Assembly (NCBI GenBank): GCA_964016885.1 | Contig: OZ024744.1 | Location: 30,752,001-30,816,000, forward strand | Reading direction: 5' to 3' | Length of the DNA stretch: 64,000 nucleotides | DNA from: Eledone cirrhosa | Lineage: Eukaryota | Part shown: in pieces, positions 56,901 to 64,000 of the stretch | Layout of the letters: each line of letters begins with the position of its first letter | Numbering within the stretch: the stretch's first letter is position 1 | The notes under the pieces: model-generated | Databases searched by the model: none | The model's input: the letters and a program-made list of their open reading frames with translations, nothing else | Told to the model about the DNA's origin: nothing | Translations under genes and position numbers: made by a program

Positions 56901-59900
56901 AGAATCTCATCTATATTAAAATTTTTGGATACCCAGATTCCTGATGATTTCTAAAGAATGAAACAGTTCTAGTCCTTTAGAATCACATTCATATTAAAAT
57001 TTTTTGATACCCAGATTCCTGATGATTTCTAAAGAATGAAACAGTTCTAGTCCTGTAGAATCTCATCTATATTAAAAATTTTTGATACCCCGATTCCTGA
57101 TGATTTCTAAAGAATGAAACAGTTCTAGTCCTGTTGAATCTCATCTATATTAAAATTTTTGGACACCGAGATTCCTGATGATTTCTAAAGAATGAAACAG
57201 TTCTAGTCCTGTAGAATCTCATCCATATTAAAAATTTTTGATACCCAGATTCCTGATAATTTGTAAAGAATGAAACAGTTCTAGTCCTGTAGAATCTCAT
57301 CTATATTAACATTTTTTGATACCCAGATTCCTGATGATTTCTAAACAATGAAACAGTTCTAGTCCTGTAGAATCTCATCTACATTAAATTTTTTAGATAC
57401 CCAGATTCCTGATGATTTCTAAAGAATGAAACAGTTCTAGTCCTGTAGAATCTCATCTATATTAACATTTTTTGATACACAGATTCCTGATGATTTCTAA
57501 AGAATGAAACAGTTCTAGTCCTTTAGAATCTCATCCATATTAAAATTTGTTGATACCCAGATTCCTGATAATTTGTAAAGAATGAAACAGTTCTAGTCCT
57601 GTAGAATCTCATCTATATTAAAAATTTTTGATACCCAGATTCCTGATGATTTCTAAAGAATGAAACTGTTCTAGTCCTGTAGAATCTCATCTATATTAAC
57701 ATTTTTTGATACACAGATTCCTGATGATTTCTAAAGAATGAAACTGTTCTAGTCCTGTAGAATCTCATCTATATTAACATTTTTTGATACCCAGATTCAG
57801 ATTCCTGATGATTTCTAAAGAATGAAACAGTTCTAGTCCTGTAGAATCTCATCTATATTAACATTTTTTGATACCCAGATTCCTGATGAATTCTAAAGAA
57901 TGAAACAGTTCTAGTCCTGTAGAATCTCATCTATAGTAACATTTTTGATACCCTGATTCCTGATGATTTCTAAAGAATGAAACAGTTCTAGTCCTGTAGA
58001 ATCTCATCTATATTAACATTTTTTGATACCCAGATTCCTGATGATTTCTAAAGAATGAAACAGTTCTAGTCCTTTAGAATCTCATCCATATTAAAATTTG
58101 TTGATACCCAGATTCCTGATGATTTCTAAACAATGAAACAGTTCTAGTCCTGTAGAATCTCATCTACATTAAATTTTTTAGATACCCAGATTCCTGATCA
58201 TTTCTAAAGAATGAAATAGTTCTAGTCCTCTAGAATCTCATCTATATTAACATTTTTTGATACCCAGATTCCTGATGATTTCTAAAGAATGAAACAGTTG
58301 TAGTCCTTTAGAATCTCATCCATATTAAAATTTTTTGATACCCAGATTCCTGATGATTTCTAAAGAATGAAACTGTTCTAGTCCTGTAGAATCTCATCTA
58401 TATTAACATTTTTTGATACCCAGATTCCTGATGAATTCTAAAGAATGAAACAGTTCTAGTCCTGTAGAATCTCATCTATATTAACATTTTTTGATACCCA
58501 GATTCCTGATGAATTCTAAAGAATGAAACAGTTCTAGTCCTGTAGAATCTCATCTATATTAACATTTTTGATACCCTGATTCCTGATGATTTCTAAAGAA
58601 TGAAACAGTTCTAGTCATCTAGAATCTCATCTATATTAACATTTTTTGATACCCAGATTCCTGATGAATTCTAAAGAATGAAACAGTTCAAGTCCTGTAG
58701 AATCTCATCTATATTAACATTTTTGATACCCAGATTCCTGATGATTTCTAAAGAATGAAACAGTTCTAGTCCTGTAGAATCTCATGTATATTAACAATTT
58801 TTGATACCCAGATTCCTGATGATTTCTAAAGAATGAAACAGTTCTAGTCCTGTAGAATCTCATCCATATTAAAATTTTTTGATACCCAGATTCCTGATAA
58901 TTTGTAAAGAATGAAACAGTTCTAGTCCTGTAGAATCTCATCTATATTAACATTTTTTCACACCCAGATTCCTGATGATTTCTAAAGAATGAAACAGTTC
59001 TAGTCCTGTAGAATCTCATCCATATTAAAAATTTTTGATACCCAGATTCCTGATAATTTGTAAAGAATGAAACAGTTCTAGTCCTGTAGAATCTCATCTA
59101 TATTAAAAATTCTTGATATCCAGATTCCTGATGATTTCTAAAGAATGAAACAGTTCTAGTCCTGTAGAATCTCATCTATATTAACATTTTTTGATAACCA
59201 GATTCCTGATGATTTCTAAAGAATGAAACAGTCCTAGTCCTGTAGAATCTCATCTACATTAAATTTTTTAGATACCCAGATTCCTGATGATTTCTAAAGA
59301 ATGAAACAGTTCTAGTCCTGTAGAATCTCATCTATATTAACATTTTTTGATACCCAGATTCCTGATGATTTCTAAAGAATGAAACAGTTCTAGTCCTTTA
59401 GAATCTCATCCATATTAAAATTTGTTGATACCCAGATTCCTGATAATTTGTAAAGAATGAAACAGTTCTAGTCCTGTAGAATCTCATCTATATTAAAAAT
59501 TTTTGATACCCAGATTCCTGATGATTTCTAAAGAATGAAACTGTTCTAGTCCTGTAGAATCTCATCTATATTAACATTTTTTGATACACAGATTCCTGAT
59601 GATTTCTAAAGAATGAAACTGTTCTAGTCCTGTAGAATCTCATCTATATTAACATTTTTTGATACCCAGATTCCTGATGATTTCTAAAGAATGAAACAGT
59701 TCTAGTCCTGTAGAATCTCATCTATATTAACATTTTTTGATACACAGATTCCTGATGATTTCTAAAGAATGAAACAGTTCTAGTCCTTTAGAATCTCATC
59801 CATATTAAAATTTGTTGATACCCAGATTCCTGATAATTTGTAAAGAATGACACAGTTCTAGTCCTGTAGAATCTCATCTATATTAAAAATTTTTGATACC

Positions 59901-62900
59901 CAGATTCCTGATGATTTCTAAAGAATGAAACTGTTCTAGTCCTGTAGAATCTCATCTATATTAACATTTTTTGATACACAGATTCCTGATGATTTCTAAA
60001 GAATGAAACTGTTCTAGTCCTGTAGAATCTCATCTATATTAACATTTTTTGATACCCAGATTCAGATTCCTGATGATTTCTAAAGAATGAAACAGTTCTA
60101 GTCCTGTAGAATCTCATCTATATTAACATTTTTTGATACCCAGATTCCTGATGAATTCTAAAGAATGAAACAGTTCTAGTCCTGTAGAATCTCATCTATA
60201 GTAACATTTTTGATACCCTGATTCCTGATGATTTCTAAAGAATGAAACAGTTCTAGTCCTGTAGAATCTCATCTATATTAACATTTTTTGATACCCAGAT
60301 TCCTGATGATTTCTAAAGAATGAAACAGTTCTAGTCCTTTAGAATCTCATCCATATTAAAATTTGTTGATACCCAGATTCCTGATGATTTCTAAACAATG
60401 AAACAGTTCTAGTCCTGTAGAATCTCATCTACATTAAATTTTTTAGATACCCAGATTCCTGATCATTTCTAAAGAATGAAATAGTTCTAGTCCTCTAGAA
60501 TCTCATCTATATTAACATTTTTTGATACCCAGATTCCTGATGATTTCTAAAGAATGAAACAGTTGTAGTCCTTTAGAATCTCATCCATATTAAAATTTTT
60601 TGATACCCAGATTCCTGATGATTTCTAAAGAATGAAACTGTTCTAGTCCTGTAGAATCTCATCTATATTAACATTTTTTGATACCCAGATTCCTGATGAA
60701 TTCTAAAGAATGAAACAGTTCTAGTCCTGTAGAATCTCATCTATATTAACATTTTTTGATACCCAGATTCCTGATGAATTCTAAAGAATGAAACAGTTCT
60801 AGTCCTGTAGAATCTCATCTATATTAACATTTTTGATACCCTGATTCCTGATGATTTCTAAAGAATGAAACAGTTCTAGTCATCTAGAATCTCATCTATA
60901 TTAACATTTTTTGATACCCAGATTCCTGATGAATTCTAAAGAATGAAACAGTTCAAGTCCTGTAGAATCTCATCTATATTAACATTTTTGATACCCAGAT
61001 TCCTGATGATTTCTAAAGAATGAAACAGTTCTAGTCCTGTAGAATCTCATGTATATTAACAATTTTTGATACCCAGATTCCTGATGATTTCTAAAGAATG
61101 AAACAGTTCTAGTCCTGTAGAATCTCATCCATATTAAAATTTTTTGATACCCAGATTCCTGATAATTTGTAAAGAATGAAACAGTTCTAGTCCTGTAGAA
61201 TCTCATCTATATTAACATTTTTTCACACCCAGATTCCTGATGATTTCTAAAGAATGAAACAGTTCTAGTCCTGTAGAATCTCATCCATATTAAAAATTTT
61301 TGATACCCAGATTCCTGATAATTTGTAAAGAATGAAACAGTTCTAGTCCTGTAGAATCTCATCTATATTAAAAATTCTTGATATCCAGATTCCTGATGAT
61401 TTCTAAAGAATGAAACAGTTCTAGTCCTGTAGAATCTCATCTATATTAACATTTTTTGATAACCAGATTCCTGATGATTTCTAAAGAATGAAACAGTCCT
61501 AGTCCTGTAGAATCTCATCTACATTAAATTTTTTAGATACCCAGATTCCTGATGATTTCTAAAGAATGAAACAGTTCTAGTCCTGTAGAATCTCATCTAT
61601 ATTAACATTTTTTGATACCCAGATTCCTGATGATTTCTAAAGAATGAAACAGTTCTAGTCCTTTAGAATCTCATCCATATTAAAATTTGTTGATACCCAG
61701 ATTCCTGATAATTTGTAAAGAATGAAACAGTTCTAGTCCTGTAGAATCTCATCTATATTAAAAATTTTTGATACCCAGATTCCTGATGATTTCTAAAGAA
61801 TGAAACTGTTCTAGTCCTGTAGAATCTCATCTATATTAACATTTTTTGATACACAGATTCCTGATGATTTCTAAAGAATGAAACTGTTCTAGTCCTGTAG
61901 AATCTCATCTATATTAACATTTTTTGATACCCAGATTCCTGATGATTTCTAAAGAATGAAACAGTTCTAGTCCTGTAGAATCTCATCTATATTAACATTT
62001 TTTGATACCCAGATTCCTGATGAATTCTAAAGAATGAAACAGTTCTAGTCCTGTAGAATCTCATCTATAGTAACATTTTTGATACCCTGATTCCTGATGA
62101 TTTCTAAAGAATGAAACAGTTCTAGTCATCTAAAATCTCATCTATATTAACATTTTTTGATACCCAGATTCCTGATGAATTCTAAAGAATGAAACAGTTC
62201 AAGTCCTGTAGAATCTCATCTATATTAACATTTTTGATACCCAGATTCCTGATGATTTCTAAAGAATGAAACAGTTCTAGTCCTGTAGAATCTCATGTTT
62301 ATTAACAATTTTTGATACCCAGATTCCTGATGATTTCTAAAGAATGAAACAGTTCTAGTCCTGTAGAATCTCATGTATATTAACAATTTTTGATACCCAG
62401 ATTCCTGATGATTTCTAAAGAATGAAACAGTTCTAGTCCTGTAGAATCTCATCTATATTAACATTTTTTGATACCCAGATTCCTGATGAATTCTAAAGAA
62501 TGAAACAGTTCTAGTCCTGTAGAATCTCATCTATAGTAACATTTTTGATACCCTGATTCCTGATGATTTCTAAATAATGAAACAGTTCTAGTCATCTAGA
62601 ATCTCATCTATATTAACATTTTTTGATACCCAGATTCCTGATGAATTCTAAAGAATGAAACAGTTCAAGTCCTGTAGAATCTCATCTATATTAACATTTT
62701 TGATACCCTGATTCCTGACGATTTCTAAATAATGAAACAGTTCTAGTCATCTAGAATCTCATCTATATTAACATTTTTTGATACCCAGATTCCTGATGAA
62801 TTCTAAAGAATGAAACAGTTCAAGTCCTGTAGAATCTCATCTATATTAACATTTTTGATACCCAGATTCCTGATGATTTCTAAAGAATGAAACAGTTCTA

Positions 62901-64000
62901 GTCCTGTAGAATCTCATCTATATTAACAATTTTTGATACCCAGATTCCTGATGATTTCTAAAGAATGAAACAGTTCTAGTCCTGTAGAATCTCATCTATA
63001 TATAAATTTTTTGATACCCAGATTCCTGATAATTTCTAAAGAATGAAACAGTTCTAGTCCTGTAGAATCTCATCTATATTAACATTTTTGATACCCAGAT
63101 TCCTGATGATTTCTAAAGAATGAAACAGTTGTAGTCCTGTAGAATCTCATCTATATTAACATTTTTTGATACCCAGATTTCTGATAATTTCTAAAGAATG
63201 AAACAGATCTAGTCCTGTAGAATCTCATCTATATTAAAAATTTTTGATACCCAGATTCCTGATAATTTGTAGAGAATGAAACAGTTCTAGTCCTGTAGAA
63301 ACTCATCTATATTAAAATTTTTTGATACCCAGATTCCTGATGATTTCTAAAGAATGAAACAGATCTAGTCCTGTAGAATCTCATCTATATTAACATTTTT
63401 TGATACCCAGATTCCTGATGATTTCTAAAGAATGAAACAGTTCTAGTCCTGTAGAATCTCATCTATATTAACATTTTTTGATACCCAGATTCCTGATGAA
63501 TTCTAAAGAATGAAACAGTTCTAGTCCTGTAGAATCTCATCTATAGTAACATTTTTGATACCCTGATTCCTGATGATTTCTAAAGAATGAAACAGTTCTA
63601 GTCATCTAGAATCTCATCTATATTAACATTTTTTGATACCCAGATTCCTGATGAATTCTAAAGAATGAAACAGTTCAAGTCCTGTAGAATCTCATCTATA
63701 TTAACATTTTTGATACCCAGATTCCTGATGATTTCTAAAGAATGAAACAGTTCTAGTCCTGTAGAATCTCATGTATATTAACAATTTTTGATACCCAAAT
63801 TCCTGATGATTTCTAAAGAATGAAACAGTTCTAGTCCTGTAGAATCTCATATACATTAAATTTTTTAGATACCCAGATTCCTGATGATTTCTAAAGAATG
63901 AAACAGTTCTAGTCATCTAGAATCTCATCTATATTAACATTTTTTGATACCCAGATTCCTGATGAATTCTAAAGAATGAAACAGTTCTAGTCCTGTAGAA
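33000..64000. repeat. Right-hand satellite subfamily domain with nested higher-order repeats (periods ~1169, ~5691-5769, 1947, 1789, 2265 bp)
   Basis: The same multi-monomer variant cassette (tracked by the 75-aa spurious ORF) starts at 33773, 34942, 37125, 40711, 42816, 47807, 49754, 52871, 54660, 56449, 58714 and 60979. Spacings are near-multiples of 78 (15, 73-74, 25, 23, 29 monomers). Confidence 0.85.
33014..33064 (+). ncRNA. Hammerhead variant with A10.1-U11.1 stem II, representative of the variant common in the right half
   Basis: AGATTC CTGATGA ATTC-TAAA-GAAT GAA ACAG-TTCAAGTC-CTGT A^ GAATCT; predicted cleavage after A33058. Confidence 0.8.

Larger units (their letters stand above)
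1..64000. repeat. Tandem satellite DNA array, 78-bp monomer, ~800 copies, single orientation, running off both window ends
   Basis: The same 78-mer recurs continuously, with few substitutions per copy and 1-bp indels mainly in the T-run. Copy number estimated as (64000 - ~1800 bp of inserts)/78. Confidence 0.99.

Noticed and set aside
33773-63916. Minus-strand 71-77 aa ORFs (MRFYRTRTVSFFRNHQESGYQK...)
   Set aside because: 78 bp equals 26 codons, so the frame repeats. ORFs appear only where point variants remove the per-monomer TAG stop in consecutive monomers, and frameshifting T-run indels are common.
1-64000. CRISPR array (conserved repeat with a variable segment)
   Set aside because: The variable part is a short A/T linker with point variants rather than unique spacers, and there are no cas genes or leader.
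1-64000. Hammerhead on the minus strand (ambisense, viroid-like)
   Set aside because: The reverse complement of the consensus has no CTGANGA box.

Overview
The whole 64-kb window is one eukaryotic, AT-rich (~31% GC) tandem satellite array of about 800 head-to-tail copies of a 78-bp monomer (consensus GTCCTGTAGAATCTCATCTATATTAACATTTTTTGATACCCAGATTCCTGATGATTTCTAAAGAATGAAACAGTTCTA), organised into local higher-order repeats. It is interrupted only by seven copies of a 235-247 bp non-autonomous retroposon-like insert (RTE-type SINE-like, (GAT)n tail, 8-bp target-site duplication) between 17.1 and 29.0 kb. There is no credible protein-coding gene; the listed ORFs are by-products of the repeat. The main observation is that, read as + strand RNA, 72 of the 78 nt of the monomer fold into a hammerhead-ribozyme motif: stem I AGAUUC/GAAUCU plus a distal helix, core CUGAUGA, stem II, GAA, stem III ACAG/CUGU and a GUA cleavage triplet. 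The array therefore looks like a polymer of almost pure hammerhead units. The majority monomer has a non-canonical U-U at the base of stem II, while a variant enriched in the right half restores an A-U pair. Catalytic activity and transcription cannot be shown from sequence alone.
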